A DNA stretch of 64,000 nucleotides from Cytophagales bacterium (GCA_965224495.1 CBDCZI010000025.1:32586-96585); one strand, 5' to 3'; counted from the first letter of the stretch, positions 9,810 to 20,654 are shown. A program made the numbers and translations. The notes: generated by a model from the letters alone, not told the origin.

Positions 9810-11216
9810 ATGTCTGATATTAGTAGCGATTTAGCTTTATTCAATGAATTAGCTGAAGCCTTAATAAGTGAAGAGGGGAAAAATCCAGTAGCCGATAGAA
9901 TAGATTCGAATAAACTTTACGAGTCTATTGATCTTTCGTTGAACGATTCTGGGATGATTGATAGTGAGTTTAAGACTGTACTTCGAGATATTTTAATATC
10001 CACACCAAAAACGGCAACGAATTTATTCTTTAACCAACTTTTTGGTGGAAGACAAAGTAAAGCTGTTTTAGGTGATTTACTTGCAGTTATGCTTAATAAC
10101 AGTATGTACACCTATAAGGTTGCTGGCCCACATGTTGGAATTGAGCAAGAAATTATCAGACAATCGTGTGACTTAATTGGTTACGGTTCGAAAAGTAATG
10201 GTACGTTTCCAACTGGTGGTTCAATGAGTAATTATATGGCTTTGGTAATGGGTCGTGATGCCAAAGATCCAAATTGTAGATTAGATGGAATGTCTAAACC
10301 ACTGGTTATTTATACCTCAGTTGAATCACATTATTCAACTGCAAAAAATGCCAGTTTTGCTGGAATTGGTAGAAATAATATACGATTTATTGAAGCCGAT
10401 TCAAAAGGACGAATGATTCCTGAGCAATTGGAAGCACAAATTATTGATGACTTGGAAAACGGATTCATTCCTGCCTATGTTAACGCAACTGCTGGAACAA
10501 CTGTTTTAGGCGCTTTTGATCCAATTGATAAAATTGCTGATATCACAGAAAAATACAAAATTTGGTTGCATATTGATGGTGCATATGCAGGTAGTGTTAT
10601 TTTCAGTGATGAATATAAACACCTTGTCAAAGGGGCGGATAGATCAGATTCGTTTAGTTATAATGCCCACAAAATGATTGGGACACCGCTAACATGTTCA
10701 ATCATTTTAGTCAACGATAAAAAATATTTACATAATTCATTTAGTAATGATGCTGATTATCTTTATCAAACAGATGGTGATGATTTTAACTTAGGTAAAA
10801 CATCATTTCAATGTGGAAGAAGAAATGATGCCTTGAAGTTTTGGACGCTTTGGAAATCTGTAGGGACTGTTGGTTTAAAACAAATTGTAGATCAGCAATT
10901 TGAATTAGCAGATGTTGCCCGTGAATACGTTCAATCTAACCCAGATTACAATCTATATAGTTTTGATGATTCAATTTCGATCTGTTTCAATTATAAAAAT
11001 ATTGATCCAATGGTACTTTGTACTGCGTTATATGAACATCAAGTTACGGTTGTAGGATTTGGGTCTTTTAATGCTGATACTTTTGTTCGGTTAGTAACTA
11101 TTAACGCTAATAATTCAGTGCAAGATATTTTGAATTTCTTTAAAGTTCTAGAAGAATTTGTTGAGAAAAATCCAAGCTTAGCAAAAGTAAAAGAAAAGGA
11201 ACAAGCGCAAATATAA
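9810..11216 (+). CDS. group II PLP-dependent decarboxylase, cysteine-sulfinate decarboxylase (CSAD)-like
   Basis: 468 aa. PLP-lysine motif SYNAHKM. FFNQLFGG and NNSMYTYK blocks resemble CSAD (FFNQLF / NTSQYTYE) rather than GAD (FNQLS / NTNMFTYE). Starts 32 nt after the CDO gene on the same strand. Confidence 0.8.
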   Translation: MSDISSDLALFNELAEALISEEGKNPVADRIDSNKLYESIDLSLNDSGMIDSEFKTVLRDILISTPKTATNLFFNQLFGGRQSKAVLGDLLAVMLNNSMYTYKVAGPHVGIEQEIIRQSCDLIGYGSKSNGTFPTGGSMSNYMALVMGRDAKDPNCRLDGMSKPLVIYTSVESHYSTAKNASFAGIGRNNIRFIEADSKGRMIPEQLEAQIIDDLENGFIPAYVNATAGTTVLGAFDPIDKIADITEKYKIWLHIDGAYAGSVIFSDEYKHLVKGADRSDSFSYNAHKMIGTPLTCSIILVNDKKYLHNSFSNDADYLYQTDGDDFNLGKTSFQCGRRNDALKFWTLWKSVGTVGLKQIVDQQFELADVAREYVQSNPDYNLYSFDDSISICFNYKNIDPMVLCTALYEHQVTVVGFGSFNADTFVRLVTINANNSVQDILNFFKVLEEFVEKNPSLAKVKEKEQAQI

Positions 11217-11944
11217 AACGGTATTAACGATTTTTAGTAAATTAATGTTGGACTAAAGTTCCCTTTGATTTCTTTTTTAAGTCAAGAATTACATGATAAG
11301 AAATGTTGGGGTTTTTATGTCTTCCTGTTAAAGGATTCTAAGCATAGACTGGAATGCTTATTAAGCGCTCCATAATTCCATTAAATAATGTAATGATCTC
11401 CATTTGTGAATAGACTTGTGTTAGCTATTTTTGATATCGCTTAAGTTCAAATATATGGTCTGATCAAAATAAACCATAGGTTGGCTTTTATGTTTTATTT
11501 CGTATTAAAAATCTTCATCTTGAGCAAAAATTAATTTTGTGGTCAAGATAAGAATGAATAAAACAGAATATTTGGGAAGTTTTTTTTCTTAATTAAGGTT
11601 GAGGCTGGAATATATAATTATTGTTTTAACTCAAAATTAATCAATCAATAGAACTTTTAAAATTTTTGAACGACTAGCCTATTTATATACTTTTTCAGTT
11701 CAATATAACTTTGCTTTACTAAGCAACAAGTTTAGTGCTTTATCAATTATTTTCCTTCAGTTACTACTTCGTATAAATCTTTTTAAGGTGAATTTTGGTA
11801 TCCTTTTTTGTTTAATTTCTGCAATTTTTTCTCGTGTCCCCCATATGTCTCCCTTCAAAATTCGTAGTGGGGTAGGTTAATTTGATAGGTTTGCTGAGGC
11901 ATATCTAAAGTGTTGAAATTAGGTTTGATAAAATATAATCAATT

Positions 11945-12226
11945 ATGAAAAAACAGTTATTTACATTATTCAATTTATTTTTATTATCAGTCTCTACATT
12001 AAATGCTCAAACCTCGGTTTGGACTCAAAAATCTAAAATTGTGGCACAAGATCGTGATTATAGCGATCAATTCGGTGGAGGGAATACAAATAACCAAGGG
12101 GCAGTTAGTATTTCTGGAATTATTGCAATAGTTGGTGCAGTGACGGATAACCATTCTGACTTAAATAATCCTGGGGCTGCTTATATTTATGAAAAAAGTG
12201 CGCTTAGGCATTTAGTTGTTTTTTAA
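11945..12226 (+). pseudogene. N-terminal fragment of a secreted FG-GAP-like repeat protein
   Basis: Signal peptide MKKQLFTLFNLFLLSVSTLNAQ then GAVSISG...GAAYIYEK. The frame stops after 93 aa, and no continuation appears in any frame when the nearby A6 run is shifted. Confidence 0.4.
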
Positions 12227-12355
12227 GCCGAAATAGTCCTTTTTATTGCTGTCTATCTATATAATAGTTGTTTAATCTCTTGTTGGCAATAGTTTAGATA
12301 AACACTTTTATTTGTGTCATTCGATCACATCTTATTTATCTCTTAATCACTTACT

Positions 12356-12658
12356 ATGTTTAAAAAAATTGAACGTTTAAAGTACATGGATTACCTTATT
12401 CGAATCGAAGGAACAGGTGATATGGAAGAGTTTGCAAGAAAAATGAGTATTTCACACAGTACATGTGGTGAGTATATAAAAATTTTAAGAGGGATGGGAG
12501 CTAAAATTGACTATTGTCGTTATAAAAACACATATAAATACTCTGAACCAGTGGAATTTTTTATTGGCTATAAAAACTTGCCAGAGAATTATATGATCAA
12601 AGTAACTGGAGGTAAAAGGGACGAACTATTATTTTGGAAAAATAAGATCATTTCGTGA
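12356..12658 (+). CDS. small HTH-domain protein (putative regulator)
   Basis: 100 aa. MEEFARKMSISHSTCGEYIKILRGMG looks like a winged-HTH recognition unit. No family assigned. Confidence 0.4.
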   Translation: MFKKIERLKYMDYLIRIEGTGDMEEFARKMSISHSTCGEYIKILRGMGAKIDYCRYKNTYKYSEPVEFFIGYKNLPENYMIKVTGGKRDELLFWKNKIIS

Positions 12659-12774
12659 AATATGATTTTCAAATTTTAAGTGAATTTGTCTAAGTTATTG
12701 AGAACGGTTCCATAGATAAATAATTTATATTGAAATTACATAGCATTGTAGTAAAGTTATGCGAAATAAAAACT

Positions 12775-12796
12775 GGCCAAAAAAAAGATTTTGGCC
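12775..12796 (-). terminator. hairpin terminator downstream of the GG-leader peptide gene
   Basis: GGCCAAAA / TTTTGGCC 8-bp stem 25 nt past the stop at 12821, with a T-rich tail on the minus strand. Confidence 0.5.
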
Positions 12797-12820
12797 GGTC
12801 TCTTTTAATAATACCTGGCT

Positions 12821-13024
12821 TTATCTTACTTGAGAGCCCAAAATATTCCACATCTCTCCGGTTTCGGTATCTTTTATATACATCCCCATAGACAATCCTG
12901 CATATTCTACATTACATTGATTACTACAATCGATTATTACTCTTATTAGTCCTCCTCCTTTAATGATTTGACTCTTTTGCTGAGTAATTTCATACTTTTT
13001 TAAATCTAACATTTTTGTTTTCAT
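12821..13024 (-). CDS. bacteriocin/RiPP-like precursor peptide with Bacteroidetes-type double-glycine leader
   Basis: 67 aa. Leader MKTKMLDLKKYEITQQKSQIIKGGG (K-rich, ...I-x-G-G) followed by a 42-aa core with two Cys (LIRVIIDCSNQCNVEY...). Confidence 0.5.
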   Translation of the reverse strand: MKTKMLDLKKYEITQQKSQIIKGGGLIRVIIDCSNQCNVEYAGLSMGMYIKDTETGEMWNILGSQVR

Positions 13025-13128
13025 AATACTATTTTTTATTATTATAGATCAAAATTAGATGAAGGCAGTCTGATAAAATCGGACCATAAGTTATCATTTC
13101 AATTAAAATACATTTATTGTCTCAATTT

Positions 13129-14821
13129 TTAAGCTACAATTTCTAATATTTTTAGGGCAGAAGTAGAGTCCAGACTCATTTTTTTAATGAGACGTTGTTT
13201 TGCTTTTTTTATCCCGGCTTCTGAAATATTTCTGATATTTGCAATTGATTTATTTGAATGATCTAATTGGATAAGTACCAATAATTGAATATCGTTCATA
13301 GTCAGGTTTTCATATTTCTGACTAATTTTTTTTGTGAAATTATCGTACAATAAATCAAAGTGAAATATAATTTCAGTCCAATGGTTATCGAATATATAAT
13401 TTTTATCCAAAGCACTTGTTATAAGCGCTAAGCTTTCAACATCACTCGGCTGTACTAAATCAATCTTTAATTGCTCAATAATATCATTTTTACTTTTTAG
13501 TTTTTCAATGGTATTATTTAACTTTGAATTTGAAATTTCTTTATCTTGTTTTTCAATTTCTAACTGTTGATTGAGTATTTTTCGTTTGATTTTGTTTTTA
13601 TAAATAATAAATAATGCAATCATTAAAAGGATGATAGAACAAATGATAATTCCAAATTTGGTGGATCGGTTAACCTGAATATCGTATTTAAGTTGAGCGA
13701 TTTCTACTTTCTTTTTTTCAGTTTCATATTGTACGAGTAATTGATGTTTATATTTATTGACGGCAGTATCATTCAATGAATCCCTAATGAGTTTATAAGT
13801 CTCTAAATTGTGAATAGATATTGAATCCTGTTTAATGCGTAAATCTGTATGTAATAACTTATAACTTGCTATTAAAAGCTTGTCAGAATCACCTATCGAG
13901 TCAGACAGGTTGTAGGCGGATTCAAAATGGTTTCTTGTTTTTTCAAGATGCCCCAATTTACTATTTAGATTTCCCAAAAATAACTGTATTACAACGATCA
14001 ACCTTTTTGGAATATGTGGGTTTGTTTGCTCAGTAATTAAATTCCCATAAAAAATGGCCTGCTCTAAATTCTCCTTCATTAAATGGGCATTTCCAAGCAG
14101 CAGGTGAGAATAAATTAGATCAGTATAATTTGCTAATCCTTTCTCTATTGAAGCTGAAATATAATAAATACAGCTATCAGGCTTTTCCATTTTTAAATGG
14201 ATAGCTCCTCTTTCTCTTAAAGATAACAGGTAGTAAAATTCGTCTGTAGGGTTAGTGTTTTTTTTTCAAATAACTTAATAAGTTATGGTTATATTTTAGA
14301 GCCATTTGATATTCCTCTAAATTTAAATAGTATTTACAGATATATTGGTTAATATCTTTGAGCAGAAAATCATTTTTAATTGCAGTGGCAAAGGAATCAG
14401 CTTTTAGATAGTAATTAAGTTCATCAATTTTATTGTCTCGTTGTCCTAAGTTACTGCCTTTAAATAAAAAGTAATGAATTAATGTTGTATCAGAAAAGGA
14501 GCTACGATTGTTTTGCAATAAACTATCTAACACGGAGATATATTTTAATGGAAGCATTGGGTCATTACTCATGTGGTTATAAGCCAATCCTATATTTGCA
14601 TACACCATTCCTTCAGCATAATTGATAGTCTTAGAAAGACTATCAATTCTAATAAGAATAGGAATATTCTTCTGTCTGTCATTCATTGAGAATTCATCAC
14701 CAGAATTAATTATACTGTCAATTTCTGCCCGACTAATATCTTGTGCGAAAATATGGTTAGTGCTAAAATTTGCATAAAGAAAAAACGAAACGATTAAAAT
14801 AAAATTACAAAGATTATTCAT
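13129..14821 (-). pseudogene. signal peptide-TPR-TM-LuxR-HTH regulator split by a frameshift in an A9 tract
   Basis: ORFs 14252-14821 (signal peptide plus TPR-like) and 13129-14190 (TPR-like, TM IIICSIILLMIALFIIY, LuxR-type HTH LTMNDIQLLVLIQLDHSNKSIANIRNISEAGIKKAKQRLIKKM). The downstream frame is open back to 14265. Removing one A from the T9/A9 run at 14258-14266 gives ...LSYLKKNTNPTDEFYYLL..., one 563-aa ORF. Confidence 0.7.
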
Positions 14822-14960
14822 TGAGTTATTGTTAAAAGGGACGTAATTTTTTTGTTCAAATATAGAAAATTATCTAAATTGAGTTGATTAATGCTGGGAA
14901 CTTATTGTCTTGAATTACATCATTAAGAATTCCTCATTTTTTTTCTTAAGAAGTAAAATA

Positions 14961-17900
14961 CTAGTTAATAATGAGTCTTTTAATCTGTCTGTTTTCTAGA
15001 GTAACCACTTCGATAAAATAGATTCCTTTAGATAGGTCATTTAATTCAATTAAACTATCATGAGTCATCATATGTTGCGTATTAATTGTTTGCGTTTTGA
15101 GTTTTTTACCATTCAAATCCAGAACGTTTATCTCAAGTTTATCAGATTGGATTCCTTGAATTGAGATATAGACATTCTCGTTAGTCGGGTTTGGAAATAG
15201 GCTTACTGACATTTTATTGAGTTCAACTTCTTTAATATTTAAGACGATTCCCTTACTAAATGAGTAATTTAAAATACTCCCAAAATCCCCATCAAAACTT
15301 TTAAGAATTGTTGGCGCGTCCTTAGATCTTAGTCTTAGAAAGCCATTCCCTTGGGGAGCGTTAGCCCAAAATGATAAACCATCATTTCCAGAATCAATTA
15401 ACTCTAATGTATAGCATCCGTTAGGTAGATCAAGGGTATCTTTATAAGTTGTGTTATTTGATAATCCTGATTTTGAGAATACTGTGTTTCCTTGATAATC
15501 TTTTATAATGTAGCTATTTTCGTTTCCTAAATTATTTGTTTTGAGTTCAACAACAAAATTTTCATTATATAAGTCGGGCAGTATATATGAAGAACTTAAA
15601 GCGTTATTATCAGCGTAATCGTCCGTCGTCCCATTTGTATTAACGATACCTACATTAAACTTGCCTGTTCCATCTCCAATCCAAAAACTCTCACTAGAAA
15701 TTGGTAAAGCAATTTCTTCTGTTTTAAGAAACTTAAATTACCAGTCCAATTATAAGTTTCTTGAGGCCCGCCTGCAACGTTGTAGTTGATTGTTAGGGCT
15801 GTCAAATTATTAGCCCCAGTGTTTTGAATGACTATGATAGGGTATGAGCATATTGGATTAAATCGTTCATTCTCTACTTTTAACGAAGGTCGTTTTATTT
15901 CTGTAATTGACGCATCATTTGAAAAATTTGGGTTGCCATATGATACTAGTTGAGAACTGATATAATAGTCACTTGTACCTGATCCATTCGTTACACCGTA
16001 ATCTATATTTACTGTGTTTCCTGTAATTGTAGCAGGATCTATTTCATAAATTTTAGTATCTGTGGGTGCTCCAGGGCACCAGCCTGCTCTGTCATAAACC
16101 CATGTTCCCCCTTGAGGATAAACAGGGTTATCTGCACATTCTTTCCAAACTTGCCAATCAAGTTCATTAATACCACCATTAACATTTAGATAGTGTTGCC
16201 TTGGAATGAATTCCCCTTCTTGTCCATGTCCGGTTATTGCTGATCTCAATTTAAACATTGAAGCCGACGGGCTTAATGAAACATCTCTTGGCTCGAAATA
16301 AGTGTTTGCGATTAGGTCAACATATCCTCTTCTGGCACCTGGTCGCCATATCTGCTGTAAATTTATGACATCTCTTGGCGGTGTCCCTTCAATAAATAAA
16401 AACCTAATATCAAGCTCTTCTTGATATGCACCAGCAAATTCGACAGAAAGGTATTTTTGATCCCGAAGGATTGTTGTAAAATCCGTCATGTCAAATTCCC
16501 ACATTTTACCTTCAATACCTAAGTTTAGGCCGAGCCCGTAAGGTGTAACAAAAGACATTAATTCAATTTTTGAAGGGTGCTTCGAGAAATAATTTAAGTT
16601 AAATATATTAAGACTGTTTTGACTTGGAACAGCTACGGTTCCAATTACAGCGCCAGTTTGCGCATTAATTATTGACATATTTCCTGATTCAAAATAAAAT
16701 TGGGATCCATTAGAAATTAGATTATTGTTCACAACTTGAAATTCTTCAACAAGATTTGGGGCATTTTCAATTGAATCTAATACTGTCAATGCAGTAACAT
16801 TTGAATTAAGGTATACGCCCTGTACAAAAGATAAATTTGGACGATTTGGAGTCTGTTCAAAATCTTTAAAGACTTCATTTCCTCTAAACATAATATGCTG
16901 TGGCCCATTTACCATTAATGCATTATTTCCTGTTGTTGATTGATCTGTGAATGATCCTGCACTGATTGAATTTAACGAATGGTCGACTTCTAGAAAAGTA
17001 AATTTTGGATGCTGATTGGTAATGAGACGAGATTTCCAATTATTAATTTCATTAGCACTTAAAAGTGTATTCCAAACTCTAATATTATCAACTTCACCCA
17101 GCCAATCAATGCCGTAAGTACCAGTGCCATCTTGACCAATTTTAATCGTATTACCTGAGTTAATATCACCAATAGGATCGGTAGCAAGATTAGCAGATGC
17201 AACTTCAATGCCATCTTGATATAACCTCATCAGCCCATCTCTATCAAAAGAAACGGCAATATGATGCCATTTACCATCAGAAAAAATATCTCCGCCTGTC
17301 ACATCTTCTCTATTAGTTCCATCGCCAATGTTTACACGCCATGTTGATCCATTTTGGAAAATTACAAATCCTTTATTTGATCCAGAGGCCCAGTTTTTAT
17401 CAGATAGAATTACAGGGTCATTCTGTGATTGTTCAGGTTTTACCCAAAGTTCTACCGTAAAATCTTGATTTGATCCAAAGTTCAAAGAGTTTTGTAATTC
17501 CAAATGACTTCCCCCGCCATTATATTTTATATAGTAATCATCTTCTTTTGATTTAATCCCAAAAGCGCTGCCTGTATTGGTTGAATTGATATTAGAATTA
17601 CTATAATTAACTGAATTTGTATAACTAAATTCAACAATTAAATTAGAAGTGCCGTCCCACGAAAATGGGCTGTAAAAAGCAAAGTCATTCAAGCCAGTAA
17701 GGGTTAAAGGTGTATTTTGGAAATATACCTCTGTGAAGCCATCAACATCAATATCAAGACTATCATTTAGTGCCGTTTTAGACGTTGATTTTAATTTGAT
17801 TCTTAAAAAATTAACGTCCCCACCAATGGTGGTTAAATCCAATTTCAAACTTGTAATATCAACATTTGATGTAAGCCCTGCTGTAGTTAATTCAGCAGCA

Positions 17901-18397
17901 GTTAACAAGTATTGTGATTTTTCTATCCGTTTTGATGTTGAAAAAGGATCACTTTCTTGAACGATTCCAGAACCAATAGAGCTAATATTTTCACTAACAA
18001 TGCCCGTATTAGTCATGCTCTGCTGGCCATAAGAGAAATAGGTATAAGTTTGTTGTGTGGTATAATTAAATAAAGTGCCATTAAATCCACTGACAATAAA
18101 GTTTGGATGAACGGCTTGCACAGAGTCAAATTTCGTTGAATCGGTTAAGAAAGTATTACAACTGTAATCCCATTCTCCACATCCTTGATTAGGATTACTG
18201 CTATTAGATATGAGATTGTTTTTGCACCGCATTCTATACTGCATGATGATTTTACGATACGTTTCAGAATCATCAGGAAAAATAAAGTTATAGGATCTTC
18301 CACTGCTGTCAAATGCAATGGTTTGAACCACAGTAGTGTCTTGCGCGTTGGTTTTAAGACATAAACTAATTAATATAGTTAAAAGTAAAAATTTCAT
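14961..18397 (-). pseudogene. T9SS-secreted LamG-domain / PNGase-F-C-terminal-like protein, frameshifted
   Basis: 915-aa ORF 15650-18397 with a signal peptide, a LamG-like block (FTVELWVKPEQ...GKWHHIAVSFDRDGLMRLYQDG) and GGTWVYDRAGWCPG (PNGase F C-terminal-like, from memory). Its last ~25 aa are out-of-frame nonsense. The frame of ORF 14961-15212 (T9SS CTD) stays open up to 15737. Adding one A to the A4 run (15722-15725) joins them into ~1145 aa. Confidence 0.7.
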
Positions 18398-18903
18398 AAT
18401 ATTGCTTAATTCATTTCAATCAAATGTACTCTTTATTTCTCTATAGAAGGTGAAAAATAATAACAAGTATTCGAAATTTCTGTCATTATTTCCTGCTCTT
18501 TTTGGATGATTAGAGCCTTTGCGACTTTGGTTTTATGTCGTGGTTTAAAATCTACATTCACAAATGGGCCAGGGCCACTTGACCTGTTTTTTTGCCTACT
18601 TTTTTACTGCCTTTAAACCTCCTGAAGTTTTCTTTGGGCAATTAATTATGAACTTTGTCTGTGAATCCCAGTGTGTAAGCCGCGAAATTTTAAACTAAGT
18701 GCTTGATAAATTACTATTACATTATTTTCATGTAAAGACTGGAAATGACTACATATTCTTTTAAAAAAAATCTTATCTGCTCCAAGAGGAATTAAGTTGT
18801 AATTGTCTTTTATCCAAATGCTGAGCAACTTCGGTGTCATATTCAAGTTTTTTTCAAATACATGATTTGAATCATAAACTTCAGGTTTTGTGTTAACGTA
18901 ATT

Positions 18904-19401
18904 TTGCGATCGAAAAATATTGTGAAATGGAAAGTATATATAAAAAATTCAGTTAATTATTTTATTTCAATAGCCTGTTTCATTTGCATCTATCTATGCC
19001 ATAAATTTCTAATTAGTGGCAATGACAACACACTAATTATTGCTGCTTTTGGGGCTTCAGCAGTTTTGTCTTTCTCTAATAATCAAATTGAGCATTCATT
19101 CGTTAAAATTTTTTCAGCTTCTATAATAGCTGCTGTCATAGGCGTGTTCTGGAATCAAATTGACATCACCTTAATTTTTAAAATTATACTGACAATCAGT
19201 TCTTGCATTTTAATAATGAACTTAACTAATATTAGTTATCCTCCTGCAGGAGCAATTGCCATTATTCCATTGATTTCGAATTCACATATACAAAATTTAG
19301 GGTACTCATATGTTCTCTATCCTACAATAACAGGTTTGACAATTATTTATTCATTTTCAAAAATAAAAGAAAAATTAAATACAATTTATTATGGCAAGTA
19401 A
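18904..19401 (+). CDS. HPP-family integral membrane protein (divergent)
   Basis: 165 aa with 4-5 TM. IIAAFGASAVLSF and YPPAGAIAIIPL resemble the HPP family. Overlaps the hmp start by 11 nt (ATGGCAAGTAA). Confidence 0.5.
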   Translation: MRSKNIVKWKVYIKNSVNYFISIACFICIYLCHKFLISGNDNTLIIAAFGASAVLSFSNNQIEHSFVKIFSASIIAAVIGVFWNQIDITLIFKIILTISSCILIMNLTNISYPPAGAIAIIPLISNSHIQNLGYSYVLYPTITGLTIIYSFSKIKEKLNTIYYGK

Positions 19402-20600
19402 AAAAACAATTGAAATCGTAAAATCTACAGCACCCGTACTAGAGGAGCATGGAGAGTCTATTACAAAAGTATTTTACGGGTTATTATTTAAAAATCATCC
19501 AGAACTAAAAGATGTTTTTAATATGGTAAACCAAAAGAAAGGGACCCAACAAAAAGCGTTAGCTAATGCTGTTTTTCAGTATGCAGTCCATATTGATAAG
19601 TTAGAAATGTTAGGAGATACTGTTGAGACTATTGCTCAAAAACATACTAGTTTATCTATCCCAAAAGAAGCATATCCTATCGTTGGCGAAAATCTTTTAG
19701 CAGCAATTAAATCCGTTTTAGGAGCTGCTGCAACTCCTGAAATTATGGCAGCTTGGAAAGAAGCTTATGGTGATTTAGCTGCTATTTTTGTGAAAAGGGA
19801 AGAAGAAATTTATGTCAGTAGAGAAAATTCCATGGGTGGCTTTAGAGGAACAAAGGAATTTATCGTCATTGATAAAAAAGAAGAAAATAATGTGATTACT
19901 TCTTTTTATTTGAAAAGAAAAGATGGGGTAGCAGTACCAAAATTTATTGCGGGTCAATATATAGCTTTAACAATTGAGATACCTAATACAAATCATAAGC
20001 ATACTAGAAATTATAGTTTGTCAAACGCTAATGGTAAAGATTATTTAAGAATTAGTGTTAAAAAAAGAAGAAGGAGATATAGATGGAATTGTTTCTAACT
20101 ATTTACATTCTAACATCAATGTTGGGGATGTTTTAACAATTGGGATGCCATCAGGAGAGTTTGTTTTAAAAGAGAAAAAAAAGCCTATCGTTTTTATAAG
20201 TGGGGGAATAGGTGTAACACCATTGATTAGCATGTTTAATGAAGTTGCGGGCAAAAATAAAAATCAAGAAATTATTTTTATTCAATGTGCTTTAAATAGT
20301 GAAAGCCATGCTTTTTTCAATGAAGTTGAGGATTTAATTAATAAGGATTCAAAATTAGTAGTAGTCTATAGTTCTCCTTTAAAAACTGATCATCTAGGCA
20401 CAAATTACGATTATCAAGGGTTTTTAACCCCTGAAATACTAAAGGATTTAAACATTTCTAATGAAAGTGAGTTTTATTTTTGTGGACCAACTCCTTTTAT
20501 GGCAAATGTTTTAAAAATATTAAACTTTTTAGATGTAGATGAAAACAATATAAATTATGAATTTTTCGGACCTGCTGAAGCGCTTATGCTAGTCCATTGA
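19391..20600 (+). pseudogene. hmp: flavohemoprotein (NO dioxygenase) interrupted by a +1 frameshift in an A7 run
   Basis: Globin N-terminus (TIEIVKSTAPVLEEHGESITKVFYGLLFKNHPELKDVFNM), FAD motif RNYSLS, NAD motif FISGGIGVTPLISM. ORFs 19391-20098 and 20055-20600 join as ...LRISVKKEEGDIDGIVSNYLH... (402 aa) if A7 at 20060-20066 is A6. Confidence 0.85.
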
Positions 20601-20615
20601 TTTTTTTATAAGTTA

Positions 20616-20654
20616 TTAATTGTCCTTCTGATAAAAATTTAGAGGGACAATTAA
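20616..20654 (+). terminator. hairpin terminator after hmp
   Basis: TTAATTGTCCTTC ... GAGGGACAATTAA, a 12/13 inverted repeat starting 16 nt after the stop. Confidence 0.45.

Noticed and set aside
18646-18846. 66-aa minus-strand ORF between the LamG gene and the HPP gene. It could be a regulator or a transposase relic.
   Set aside because: I could assign no family. Downstream frames contain stops every 10-30 codons. I left it unannotated rather than guess.
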